Of a stretch of 64,000 nt of DNA, positions 48,327 through 57,539 are shown piece by piece. Origin of the DNA: Clostridiales bacterium. GTDB taxonomy: Bacteria; Acidobacteriota; Aminicenantia; Aminicenantales; UBA8522. The notes beneath the pieces were generated by a model. It was not told the origin of the DNA. It did no database searches and saw only the letters and a program-made list of their open reading frames with translations. A program made the translations under genes and the position numbers. How positions within the stretch are numbered: the first letter of the stretch is position 1; each line of letters opens with the position of its first letter. The stretch lies in NCBI GenBank assembly GCA_029907205.1, contig JARYMI010000016.1, positions 959 through 64,958 of the forward strand, written 5' to 3'.

Positions 48327-48755
48327 TCAAGAAATAATAAGGTCTTCCCGGCCCAGTTGCCGCAAAATCCGCGGGTAGAGGTCGAACACCGGCTTGAGGA
48401 ACGGCACGATCTTAGTTGCGAGGGCAATATTACCATCGGCGCTGACCTTGCCACCAAACAACGCCTGGATGACATTGGCTTTGCCCAACCAAAACTCATG
48501 GTTGAAGTCGGCCGAACTCATGAGCGTCAGGTCCGGTTTCACTCCCGTCTCGCCCAGAGTGAAAGAAAAATACTTTCCCGCCGGCGGCACATCCCGGCAG
48601 TTGATCGTCATCAGGCCGTCAGGGTCGTGAACCTGGAAACGGACGATGAGTTTTGACTTATGGAAGTCGGGACCAATGGCCGGGTTTGAAGCGATAGCCT
48701 CGAAAAAAGAACGAAAGATATCAAACATCTCCTCCTGACTTTTGAAATACGGCAT
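48327..48755 (-). CDS. SCP2 sterol-carrier-like domain protein
   Basis: About 142 aa. A hydrophobic-tunnel pattern and KANVIQALFGGK-like motif typical of SCP-2. aaggagg RBS. Confidence 0.5.
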   Translation of the reverse strand: MPYFKSQEEMFDIFRSFFEAIASNPAIGPDFHKSKLIVRFQVHDPDGLMTINCRDVPPAGKYFSFTLGETGVKPDLTLMSSADFNHEFWLGKANVIQALFGGKVSADGNIALATKIVPFLKPVFDLYPRILRQLGREDLIIS

Positions 48756-48777
48756 CACCGTCCTCCTTATCGGCCTC

Positions 48778-49059
48778 TCAGTGGATGAACCCGACCGAAG
48801 GCGGAAGATCGGCCGGAATAATGGGGCCAAAATTTTCCTCATACCTCCTGACGTTGGCCTGGAGAGCTTCCATGAATCTCTTGGCGTGAGCGGGGCTCAG
48901 GATGGTCCGTGAGACGAGCTTGCCCATCGGGCCATCCGGAAAGATGAACGCAAAATCAAAAATGAATTCTTCTTTTGTGTGGCGGATGGCCGCCAAGTTG
49001 GAATAGTGGCCTAAAGCAATGTGCTCGTCCACTTTGATGTCGATTTTCTTTTCCTCCAT
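48778..49059 (-). CDS. DUF3467-like small protein
   Basis: 93 aa. The HYSNLAAIRHTKEEFIFDF pattern resembles DUF3467. Confidence 0.4.
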   Translation of the reverse strand: MEEKKIDIKVDEHIALGHYSNLAAIRHTKEEFIFDFAFIFPDGPMGKLVSRTILSPAHAKRFMEALQANVRRYEENFGPIIPADLPPSVGFIH

Positions 49060-49186
49060 CTCGCCTCCTCTCTTCGAGAATTGCCCTTATTTTCGCTGAA
49101 TTCAGGGGGAATTTCAACATAAATAAAATTTTAAAAAAAAATAAAAAAAAACTTTACTTTTGCATTTTGAGTGGTATAATAAAAGT

Positions 49187-49226
49187 GGCTTTCTTGCGCG
49201 GGCTGGAGAAAGCCCCCACCTTTTTG
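49187..49226. terminator. Hairpin with T/A-rich tails, usable as a terminator on the minus strand for the 49459-50319 gene and possibly on the plus strand
   Basis: ggctttct-tgcgcgggctgg-agaaagcc followed by cccacctttttgg (plus strand) or preceded by ttttatt (minus strand). Confidence 0.45.
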
Positions 49227-49458
49227 GTTCCCATCATCAACCCCCCTTTTGCTGACAACAGCCCGCACCTCTTCTGCCCATTTATCCGCTCCACGCATCA
49301 TCATTCCGCAACAGGGAAGTTCGAAGATCGAGAGTCGAGGAAAAAGAAAAAATAAGAAGAGGGGCTAACGGGAGGGAAAGCACAAGCCGTTGCAGAGAGA
49401 GAGAAAGAGAAAGAAAGAGAAAGAGAATAAATAAAGAGAATGAAGTTCCAGGAGTGCT

Positions 49459-50319
49459 TCAGGTGATTGGATCGCCTTCCGGGTATTTGGCGACGACTTC
49501 GACCGGAACTTCGAAGACTTTGCCCCAGCCCCCGAAACGCTGGACAACTTGCGGGCTGGTCAGCCCTCTTTTTTTCCCGTTCTCGATAAGATACACGGGC
49601 CGGTTGGGACGGTTGCTCTGCTCGATGATCAACCAGCCCTCAAACGTCAGGTCGATCATCTGTCCTTCTTCCATTTTTTCGAGCGTGTCATTGGACACTT
49701 CAACAAGATACTTCCAGGGGTCCTTTCCTCTTTTGAGGTCATAGTTGTAACGGAAAAGACTTTCAAGATCTTTAAAAGCTCGACGGACGTATTGACCCGG
49801 CCCCCGGCGCTCGATCATGTAGACGGCGTCTCTCCGTCCCTTTACATATCTCTGATGGAGATAAGCAAGGTTATCGGACATCGGCCACTTCGAGAACTCA
49901 GCGTCCATGGCGTTGAGAAGTCGTCGGCAAGCAGAGAGTTCATAAGGCATCACCTCCGCCTTTCTCATGGAGCTTTCGAGGTCCTGGAAGGCGCGAGTGA
50001 GGTAGAAAAAAGCGTTGTAGAGGTTTGTCCTCAGGAATCCAGCCCGATAATAATCGGACCTCTCCTCTGTCAGCCGCAAAAAGAGCCGGCAGGAGGCCAG
50101 AAAGGCCTCCGATTTAAAAAGGACTGCCTGTTCCTCATCGGAAATGGCATTGTTCCAGCCTTTGAAATGGCCAAAGCTCGTCTCAGCCAGGAACGAAGCC
50201 TGCTTTTCGAGTTCAAGAGCCAGGCCGTAGATTTGCTGTCTTCGATCGGCCCTGCCGGCTGAGAAAACTGTCAAGATAAAAATAATAAAAATGATTGGTT
50301 TGAGACCGTTCCTTTTCAT
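49459..50319 (-). CDS. Secreted/periplasmic hypothetical protein
   Basis: Start at MKRNGLKPIIFIIFILTVF with a GGAGG RBS. 287 aa. No motif recognised. Confidence 0.4.
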   Translation of the reverse strand: MKRNGLKPIIFIIFILTVFSAGRADRRQQIYGLALELEKQASFLAETSFGHFKGWNNAISDEEQAVLFKSEAFLASCRLFLRLTEERSDYYRAGFLRTNLYNAFFYLTRAFQDLESSMRKAEVMPYELSACRRLLNAMDAEFSKWPMSDNLAYLHQRYVKGRRDAVYMIERRGPGQYVRRAFKDLESLFRYNYDLKRGKDPWKYLVEVSNDTLEKMEEGQMIDLTFEGWLIIEQSNRPNRPVYLIENGKKRGLTSPQVVQRFGGWGKVFEVPVEVVAKYPEGDPIT

Positions 50320-50455
50320 CTTGACCTCCGGCTTTTCATGTCCTAAGTTATCTTTGTCCGGGCCGAAAGTCAACTAGGCATATTCGCCGCTCGTCAACCT
50401 TGACGGAAAAACTTGGCGGTGCTAAATTGGCGGAAAACAAAACAGAAGGGAGAGA

Positions 50456-50920
50456 TTGGATATGGACAAAACGAGAAGCTTGGCCAAGAGATACCAAAGA
50501 ATCCACGCCCAGCTCGCTGAGCTCTTTCTCAAGACGAAGAACAAAACCTCTCGTCTGGCCAGCATCGCCGCTCTCCTCCACCACAAAATGCCGCACTTCT
50601 TCTGGACCGGCTTCTACCTCCTCAGCGAAGGCGAGCTTGTTGTCGGGCCCTACCAGGGTTCCCTGGCCTGCCCGGTCCTTGAAAAACACAAAGGCGTCTG
50701 CTGGGCAGGCATTCTGCGTCGGCAGCCAGTCATCGTTCCCGATGTCCATCAATTCCCCGGACACATCGCCTGCGACAGCCGCTCCAACTCTGAGATTGTC
50801 ATCCCTCTGTTCGACGAAAAAGGCGAGGTCTGGGGGGTCCTGGACGTCGACAGCCGCGCCTTTGACGCTTTCACAGAAATTGATAGAGAATGGCTCGAGA
50901 AAATCGTTGCGTTGATTTAG
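50456..50920 (+). CDS. GAF-domain protein (free methionine-(R)-sulfoxide reductase-like)
   Basis: 154 aa. GAF fold pattern with a conserved Cys and HFFWTGFY, ACDSRSNSEIVIPL motifs, as in fRMsr/YebR. Confidence 0.6.
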   Translation: MDMDKTRSLAKRYQRIHAQLAELFLKTKNKTSRLASIAALLHHKMPHFFWTGFYLLSEGELVVGPYQGSLACPVLEKHKGVCWAGILRRQPVIVPDVHQFPGHIACDSRSNSEIVIPLFDEKGEVWGVLDVDSRAFDAFTEIDREWLEKIVALI

Positions 50921-50941
50921 CGGGCCTTACCGTTCAGCTTC

Positions 50942-52414
50942 TCACTCGGTATAGTATTTAATCACCCGGCGGACAGCCTCCTCGCAGACCTTGCAGAAGG
51001 GCTTGGCTCCTTTCGTGAACATCAAACAATCAACGGCCGGACGGTAAAGCCCCCAGGACGAATACCCAGCGCCTTCCATGGCACCGACCATCCCCGAGAA
51101 CCTGCTCCGGCGGAGAAACTCATCCACTTTGTTGGCCTGTTCCCGCGACAGTTTCTCGGACTCCTCCACGAGCCTTTCCACGTCGGCTAGCGGCGCTCCG
51201 GCTCTCTTCATGACCGCGATTCTCGTGTTGATCTCTGCGCGGATCTTCTGGTAGGCGCCGTCCATCCTGTCGAACTCTTCTTTCTCCCAGGGCGTGGGAA
51301 TCTCGATCTCCGGCGTGAGCAAGTCTTTCCACTTGAGGTTCTTGGGGTCAAGGAGGGCGGTGATGTTCGGCTCGAGCGGCTCGACCCCCTTCGGGTAGAA
51401 TTCGTTATAGGCAACCTCCGACGTGTAGTACTCGTCGGCCAGACCGGCGAACGAATGGCCAAATTCATGGAGGAAGAGATACTCATACCACTGATTGTCT
51501 GTGGTAAAAGTGCAGAAGAGGTTATAAATCCCGCCGCCGCCGTAACGCCTGTGATTGACCATGATGACAAGGGCGTCATAAGGAACATGAGCGGCGATGT
51601 TGCGCAAACTCTTGTTATCTTCTGTCAGGACATAGCGTTCAGAGCCGAGGGAATCAAAAGAGGCGCTCACGGCTGTGTTCTTATAGCTCCCGTGACTCGG
51701 CTCATCGCAACCGCTTTCAGCCGATGGTTTGAAAACACAAGAGAGGTTGAAAAGGTCGGGCCGGCTTTTATAAGGCTCCAGGCTGAAGAAGACCTCGGTA
51801 AAGCGTTTCAAGTCTGCAAGGAGTTTTTTCTCCTCGGCCGCCGTGTAACCCTCAGCGACGAAAGCGATGTCGACTTTCTCATGCGGGTCGCCGCTCTTAA
51901 GAACCCGAAGGACTTTCACCCCAGCGACGAGTGATTCCCTGTTGATGAAGATGTCAGCAGGGTCTATCTCGGCGCGAAAGATGGGCTGGAGAATATTCTC
52001 CCTGTTTCGTAACTCGACCGTAAAAATGATTTTGTTCTTGGGATACGGGATGAGGGCAGACTCATGGTACGTCCTTTTAACTCCGCGCAGCGCCATGTCC
52101 GTTGTCTTGTATTCTCCGAAATAGCTGTCAAAGCCCCGAGAAAAAATGAGCTCACCCGAGGCGGCATCGTACACTTTGACGCAATAGCGGCCGAGGTCAA
52201 AGGGATCAAGAAGGTTCTTGAGGCTCCCCGGCCAAACGCCTTGATCGTAAACCTGGTCGAGTGTGATAAACTCCTCTTTGGCGTCTCCACCGTGAAAGGT
52301 GTCTATGCGCATTGTCCGGTCGATAAAATATTTATCAAAGTCGACGGGAGACGCGGTGGCGAGAATTCCCGAAAAGATCAATATGAGAATAAAAAAAAGA
52401 AAACGCCTGGGCAT
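50942..52414 (-). CDS. M64-family (IgA-peptidase-like) zinc metallopeptidase, secreted
   Basis: Signal peptide. HEFGHSFAGLADEYY zinc-binding motif characteristic of peptidase M64. Start at the internal ATG with a GGAGG RBS. Confidence 0.7.
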   Translation of the reverse strand: MPRRFLFFILILIFSGILATASPVDFDKYFIDRTMRIDTFHGGDAKEEFITLDQVYDQGVWPGSLKNLLDPFDLGRYCVKVYDAASGELIFSRGFDSYFGEYKTTDMALRGVKRTYHESALIPYPKNKIIFTVELRNRENILQPIFRAEIDPADIFINRESLVAGVKVLRVLKSGDPHEKVDIAFVAEGYTAAEEKKLLADLKRFTEVFFSLEPYKSRPDLFNLSCVFKPSAESGCDEPSHGSYKNTAVSASFDSLGSERYVLTEDNKSLRNIAAHVPYDALVIMVNHRRYGGGGIYNLFCTFTTDNQWYEYLFLHEFGHSFAGLADEYYTSEVAYNEFYPKGVEPLEPNITALLDPKNLKWKDLLTPEIEIPTPWEKEEFDRMDGAYQKIRAEINTRIAVMKRAGAPLADVERLVEESEKLSREQANKVDEFLRRSRFSGMVGAMEGAGYSSWGLYRPAVDCLMFTKGAKPFCKVCEEAVRRVIKYYTE

Positions 52415-52440
52415 GGTCAAACCTCCTGTTTTGCTCCGTG

Positions 52441-53298
52441 TCAATTCTTTCGAGACCCCCGACCCTTCTGGACCATCTTTCCGGCCGTTTCCTTGATGAT
52501 CTTAACGGCTGCGGCCGCTGTGATCCCGGAGGGATCGCGCGTCGGGTTGAGCTCAACGACGTCCATCCCGACAAGATTTGCCTTTAAAGAATGGATGATG
52601 TCAACGGCCTGGCGTGTCGTCAGGCCTCCGGGCTCGTGATGGGAGACGCCTGGCGCAAAGGCCGGGTCGAGGGCGTCCAAATCAAAGGAGATATAAAGGG
52701 GATTCCGGAAACTCAAGACCGGCCCGCCTTCAAGGTCTTTCATCTCGATCATTCGGACACCATGACGGCTGGCCACAGCCCGCTGGTCTGAAGTGGCGGC
52801 CCTGACGCCAACCTGGACGAGTTCCTTGGCCAACCCCTCTTCCATGATTCGGGCAAAAGGGCAGGCGTGGGAATAGCGATCACCGTAAAGCTCTTCATAC
52901 AGGTCCGGATGGGCGTCAAAATGGAGGAGGGAGAGGGCAGAAAATTTTTTTGCCAGAGCTCTCACAACAGGATATGTGACGGAATGGTCACCTCCCAAGA
53001 TAATCGGCCTGGCTTTTTTCCCGACTACTTCCAAAACCGCGGCTTCAATTCGGCTGAAGGTCTTATCCACGTCGCCGGACGTATCCACATCACCCCAATC
53101 GACGAGCACCGCCTCCTTCTCAAGGTTGACGCCCAGTTCAGTGAACGGGTTAAGAGCTCTCCCTGTTGAAGCCGCCCGGATGGCTGCCGGCCCCAGAGCT
53201 GCTCCCCTGAGGAAGCAGGATTTTTCGTCAAAAGGAACCCCGATGATGGCAAGATCATAATCACGGCTTTTTTTGATGGCTCCACCGAAATCAGTCAT
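52441..53298 (-). CDS. Arginase/agmatinase-family ureohydrolase
   Basis: GGDHS, DAHPD and SFDLDALDP manganese-binding motifs. 285 aa. Translationally coupled to the flanking genes. Confidence 0.8.
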   Translation of the reverse strand: MTDFGGAIKKSRDYDLAIIGVPFDEKSCFLRGAALGPAAIRAASTGRALNPFTELGVNLEKEAVLVDWGDVDTSGDVDKTFSRIEAAVLEVVGKKARPIILGGDHSVTYPVVRALAKKFSALSLLHFDAHPDLYEELYGDRYSHACPFARIMEEGLAKELVQVGVRAATSDQRAVASRHGVRMIEMKDLEGGPVLSFRNPLYISFDLDALDPAFAPGVSHHEPGGLTTRQAVDIIHSLKANLVGMDVVELNPTRDPSGITAAAAVKIIKETAGKMVQKGRGSRKN

Positions 53299-53313
53299 GT
53301 CGGGCCTCCTCAG

Positions 53314-54561
53314 TCAGGAAACTGTCAAGATGGCAGCCGCAAAGCTGACAGCTGACGCCGTCGCTTCTTCTCGCCAGAATTCATAATCAAGAACCTGGCC
53401 CCGGGATTCTGGGAAAATTTCGAGAAGCGAGGCCAGGGTCCCGAGCCCGCAGACGTTGTACCTGTCTCTGACCCTCCGCGATTCAGCCCATAGAGCTTCA
53501 ACATCCCCGCGGCTGAGAGCCTCGAGGAGGGCATGGTCGTGCTGTTTAGCCTCAAGGAGGAGGGACATCGCCCTTTCCCGGTGGCCAAACTTTGGGCCGA
53601 TGTGGGAAAAATCGACGCCAGCGACAAAAAGAGAGTCATGTTTATTTTCATCCCAGCAGGCCCTCATCTCTTCCAAAAACCGGGCCACGTCGTTGATTTG
53701 GGAAGGGCGGGAAACACGTTCAACGTCTGCGGCGAAAGAGCCGCACAGGATGGGGACGAGAGAGAAGGATGTGCCGTAAAGGTGCTGGAGAAAAACGAGC
53801 TGGAACTCGAGAGAATGCTCCCGACGGTGGGAAATGTCGTAAGGGGCCACAGCGCGGTTGCCCGCTTTTTTAAGTTTGTTGACAACATCGCGGTCTGTCT
53901 TCGTTCGTCCAAGGGGCGTCTCGTAGTCTTTCTCCGTTAGAGAGAAATACCCTTCATCCAGGCTATGACCGGTGCCCAAAAGGAAAACCCGGCGGGGAGA
54001 GACATCCCTGATCGCCCGGTAGGCTTTGGCGTAGACTCTTTTTCCAACCTCAAAGTCGATGTGCGGAGCGATCAGAGCACAGATGCGGCCGGGAGGAGTC
54101 CCAGGGACGGCATCATCTCCCCCCGAAAAAAAGAAAGATTCAAGATAATGGGACAGCTCGCGGGGGTTGGCCGGATAAGAATGGCCCGCGTGGGATGCTT
54201 CCCTGACTTCGAGCCGGACATATTCCTCGAGAAGCCGTTCCTTTTCCTTCTGGTACTGCCAACTCTGCAGAAGAAAGGAGGCTTCCAGCTCAGCAACGAT
54301 CCTTTCGATGTGCCCGCAGTCAACGAGCATCCCCCGCTTCAGCCGGACGAACTCTACCTGGATATCCCGTACCGTCCTCTGACCGTCGATGAGTCCGAGT
54401 AGACTCAGCGCATCGCCCTGGAGTATGACGGGGTCACGGATCAACCCCAGGTGGTCCCTCACTAACAGAGCTTTTTCTCCCCGGTAGGACGTGGGAATGA
54501 CTTCCAGGTCCGTCCTCAGCCGCGGGATTGGGCTATCTTCTTTCATTTGGCTCGGAAACAA
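53314..54561 (-). CDS. PqqD-like peptide-binding (RRE) N-domain fused to a MEMO1/AmmeMemoRadiSam-B-like domain
   Basis: Residues 30-120 align to PqqD (LQGDALSLLGLIDGQRTVRDI resembles the PqqD LNETAAAILELVDGRRDV). Then the SHAGHSYP Memo HAG motif and a Memo-like body. TTG or ATG start 5 codons apart. Confidence 0.55.
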   Translation of the reverse strand: MFPSQMKEDSPIPRLRTDLEVIPTSYRGEKALLVRDHLGLIRDPVILQGDALSLLGLIDGQRTVRDIQVEFVRLKRGMLVDCGHIERIVAELEASFLLQSWQYQKEKERLLEEYVRLEVREASHAGHSYPANPRELSHYLESFFFSGGDDAVPGTPPGRICALIAPHIDFEVGKRVYAKAYRAIRDVSPRRVFLLGTGHSLDEGYFSLTEKDYETPLGRTKTDRDVVNKLKKAGNRAVAPYDISHRREHSLEFQLVFLQHLYGTSFSLVPILCGSFAADVERVSRPSQINDVARFLEEMRACWDENKHDSLFVAGVDFSHIGPKFGHRERAMSLLLEAKQHDHALLEALSRGDVEALWAESRRVRDRYNVCGLGTLASLLEIFPESRGQVLDYEFWREEATASAVSFAAAILTVS

Positions 54562-54781
54562 TAATAGCCTTCATTAAGTACATTTTTTTGGCCAAAAATG
54601 CAATATCAGGGAGGTCTTAAAAAAATGGCCTCCTTGATTCATTGTCTTGATTCAAGAAGGCCATCGAAAGGAGGGTGGGGGTGGGGGGAGAGAGGGATCT
54701 TAGCCCCCTCTCCTTTTTCACAACCTCGGCTACGCCTTGGATGAGAAAAACTCGAGCCTTTGAGGCTGCGACAACGTCATC

Positions 54782-54799
54782 CTGTCACACGCGTGACAG
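54782..54799. promoter_or_regulatory. 18-bp near-perfect palindrome CTGTCACACGCGTGACAG in the divergent intergenic region (candidate operator)
   Basis: 17 of 18 positions are self-complementary. It lies between the divergently oriented Memo-like operon and the ferritin-like gene. Confidence 0.45.
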
Positions 54800-54947
54800 C
54801 GGCGCAATCCCCTTTAAGGATGGTTTTGGGGGTGATCTTTCCTCCCCTCCTCTCCTCCCCATTCAGGCGCAGGCTCAAGCCCTTGATGGCTTTTCTTTTT
54901 CTGAGAAATGATTATAATCTGAGAGAAAAACACCACAAGGAGGACCC

Positions 54948-55928
54948 GTGGAAAAACTAAAAACAGTCAAGACGCAGCCGGACGCCCTAAGGCTGCTCAA
55001 CATTGCCCTGGAGCATGAATGGGCGGTGAGTTTCGAATACACCATCCACGCCTATTCCATGCCAAAAGGGGAATTTTTCTACGATGACCCGGTCATGAAA
55101 CTCAAGACTGACGCGAGGGCTCAGACAATCCAGATCGGCATCGACGAGATGTACCATGCCCTCCAGCTTGGCATTGTCATCACTCAACTGGGAGGGACCC
55201 CTTCATTCAAGACGGACAAAGTCATCCGCTATCCTAAGATCATCGAAAACCTCCGGCGGGACAAGATGACAGAAGACCTCGTCACCGACCTCTACCAGTC
55301 CGCCGAATGGGAAGAGGGCGCTTTCCCCAAGATTCAGAACATGGTCCTCAACATTTCTTACGACGAGGTGCGCCACTCGCGCCAGTTCGAGACGATGATC
55401 AGGACGATGGAAGAGGAGGGGTCGACTGAAGCCCTCTGCTTCAAAGAAACCCCGGATGCCGCCGCCAGAGAGGATGTCCGGCTTCTCCACGACATCACCC
55501 GTATGGAAAACGAGCTCATGCACCGCTACCTCAAGTACGTCATCCTTTTTAGCGAGCACCAGGACCTCAGCCAGCGGCTGTTCAAGAACTCGATCAACCA
55601 TATGCGGCACTGGGACAAGAACTCGGGCATCCTTGTCAAGCTGGGCAGCGTCATCCAGATTGAGAACGCGGTCAGGGACACTGACGGAGTCGAAAAAAGC
55701 ACGGACCCGATGCCATCGTTCTACCCGGGAGAGGACCGGCTGTCCGCCCTTGAAACGCTCATCCCGGCCGAGGAGAAGCTCATTGCCGCCTACGAAAGAC
55801 TTCTCAACCTGCTGCCGCCCGGAGAAATCAGGGATCAGATCGGCCTTCACCTTGGGCTGAACAGGGAGCATCTCTTCACCCAGGAATGGCTGCTCACAAA
55901 TGCCCGAAAGATTAAAGGGCTTCGCTGA
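54948..55928 (+). CDS. Ferritin-like superfamily di-iron protein
   Basis: Paired E...ExxH motifs (LEHEWAVSFEY, IDEMYHALQ, RMENELMHRYL, INHMRHW). 326 aa. Confidence 0.5.
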   Translation: MEKLKTVKTQPDALRLLNIALEHEWAVSFEYTIHAYSMPKGEFFYDDPVMKLKTDARAQTIQIGIDEMYHALQLGIVITQLGGTPSFKTDKVIRYPKIIENLRRDKMTEDLVTDLYQSAEWEEGAFPKIQNMVLNISYDEVRHSRQFETMIRTMEEEGSTEALCFKETPDAAAREDVRLLHDITRMENELMHRYLKYVILFSEHQDLSQRLFKNSINHMRHWDKNSGILVKLGSVIQIENAVRDTDGVEKSTDPMPSFYPGEDRLSALETLIPAEEKLIAAYERLLNLLPPGEIRDQIGLHLGLNREHLFTQEWLLTNARKIKGLR

Positions 55929-56003
55929 TAAGGTGGCCTCTGCGGCGGCCAGGAGGAGGATCGGCGGTTACGGAGAGGAACTTAGGTCATCGGAGGATGA
56001 ACC

Positions 56004-56564
56004 ATGAAAAACATAAGAACCCAGCTTAAGCGCTTTCAGTATTTCTACCCTTACACCGTGGCACTGGTGGGAGCTTCAGTCGGGGGCCAGGTCAACTTCA
56101 TGAGTTGCGCCTGGCACACAGCTCTCTCTTTCGACCCGCCGCTTTTCGGCGTTTTAGTCTCCCGCAAACGCTTCTCTCACGGGATCATCTCCAAGGCAAG
56201 AGAGTTCACAGTGAACTTTCTCAGCTTCGAGAGGGTAAAGCTGTCCGCCCAGATGGGCCGAAAATCAGGCCATGACCTGGACAAGGTCAAGGAGTTCAAG
56301 CTTCGCCTGGCACGCTCGAAGGTCATTCAATCTCCAATCGTGGAGGAGGCTTACGTTTCTTTTGAATGCCGGCTGGCTGAAGTGCGGGCTTACGGCGACC
56401 ATGACCTTTTTGTCGGTGAGGTTCTGGCTGTTCATGAGGAGCCCGGCTGTTTCAACGCCGAAGGGATTCTCAACCCGGGAAAGGTCCGGCCGCTTCTTTA
56501 CCTGGGAAGCGATTTTTACCTCACCGTCGACCAGGACACACTCAAGCACGTATTGCCAGACTAA
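56004..56564 (+). CDS. Flavin reductase-like FMN-binding protein
   Basis: VNFMSCAWHTALSFDPP motif of the flavin-reductase split-barrel family. 186 aa. Confidence 0.7.
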   Translation: MKNIRTQLKRFQYFYPYTVALVGASVGGQVNFMSCAWHTALSFDPPLFGVLVSRKRFSHGIISKAREFTVNFLSFERVKLSAQMGRKSGHDLDKVKEFKLRLARSKVIQSPIVEEAYVSFECRLAEVRAYGDHDLFVGEVLAVHEEPGCFNAEGILNPGKVRPLLYLGSDFYLTVDQDTLKHVLPD

Positions 56565-56621
56565 AATGGTCAAGAGCTTTTTTTCTAACCTTCGTTTCGC
56601 TATACTAATAAAGAAATTCTG

Positions 56622-57539
56622 ATGGCCGCTGTCCTCAAAGTTGAAAACCTCCACAAGTCCTTCAAGGTGGGGTTCATCCCCAAAAAGCGGGAAATCCTGA
56701 AGGGCATTTCTTTTTCGGTCGAGGCGGGGGAGATTTTCGGCTATCTCGGCCCCAACGGCGCCGGCAAAACCACCACTCTGAAGTGCACGCTTGGGTTGAT
56801 TTTCCCGGATCAGGGCCAAATCGAAATCTTCGGCCATTCCCACCTTTCCCTTGAGGCCAAAGAGCGCATCGGCTACCTGCCGGAAAGCCCTTATTTTTAT
56901 GAATACCTCACTGGGGGGGAGTTTCTTGATTTCTATGCCCGTCTTTTTCTGTTAGGAAAAAAAGAAAAGGAAGAAAGGATCCGAAGCCTCCTCCGGCTTG
57001 TGGGGCTGGAGCGGGCGGCCCGCCTCCAGCTCCGCAAATTCTCCCGCGGCATGCTCCAAAGAATCGGACTGGCCCAGGCGCTTATCAACGACCCTGAGCT
57101 TGTTTTTCTCGATGAGCCGTTGGGCGGCCTCGACCCTCTCGGCCGGAAAGAGCTCAGGGATATCATCATTCGCTTAAAACGAGAGGGGAAAACGATCTTC
57201 CTATGCTCCCATATCCTCCAGGACATCGAGATGATCTGCGACCGGGTGGCCATCCTTGTCGGCGGCCGGGTCATCAGCCAGGGAGCGCTTGAGGCCCTTG
57301 TCTCGGAAAAAATCCTTTACACCGAGGTCACTCTGTCTGGCCTCTCTGAATCCGACCTCGAGGGCTTAGGCGAGCCGGTCTCCTCTCATGGCGACAGGAT
57401 AATGCTCAAAGTTTTTCAGGAGGATAACATCGAGCGCCTGGTGGCTCTTGTTCAAGATAAGAAGGCGAGAATCCATTCTCTTGTCCCCCGGACAGAAACT
57501 CTTGAAGATATTTTTGTCGAAATGGTGAGACAGGGATGA
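56622..57539 (+). CDS. ABC transporter ATP-binding protein (ABC-2 type)
   Basis: Walker A GPNGAGKTT, LSGGMLQRIGLAQAL-like signature, Walker B LVFLDEP. 305 aa. Confidence 0.85.
   Translation: MAAVLKVENLHKSFKVGFIPKKREILKGISFSVEAGEIFGYLGPNGAGKTTTLKCTLGLIFPDQGQIEIFGHSHLSLEAKERIGYLPESPYFYEYLTGGEFLDFYARLFLLGKKEKEERIRSLLRLVGLERAARLQLRKFSRGMLQRIGLAQALINDPELVFLDEPLGGLDPLGRKELRDIIIRLKREGKTIFLCSHILQDIEMICDRVAILVGGRVISQGALEALVSEKILYTEVTLSGLSESDLEGLGEPVSSHGDRIMLKVFQEDNIERLVALVQDKKARIHSLVPRTETLEDIFVEMVRQG

Noticed and set aside
54618-54737. 39-codon Gly/Trp-rich ORF (MASLIHCLDSRRPSKGGWGWGERGIL...) with upstream GGGAGG, a possible RiPP precursor
   Set aside because: It is on the opposite strand to the PqqD-like gene and overlaps a hairpin plus T-run more consistent with RNA structure. 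It is kept only as a note inside the operon finding.
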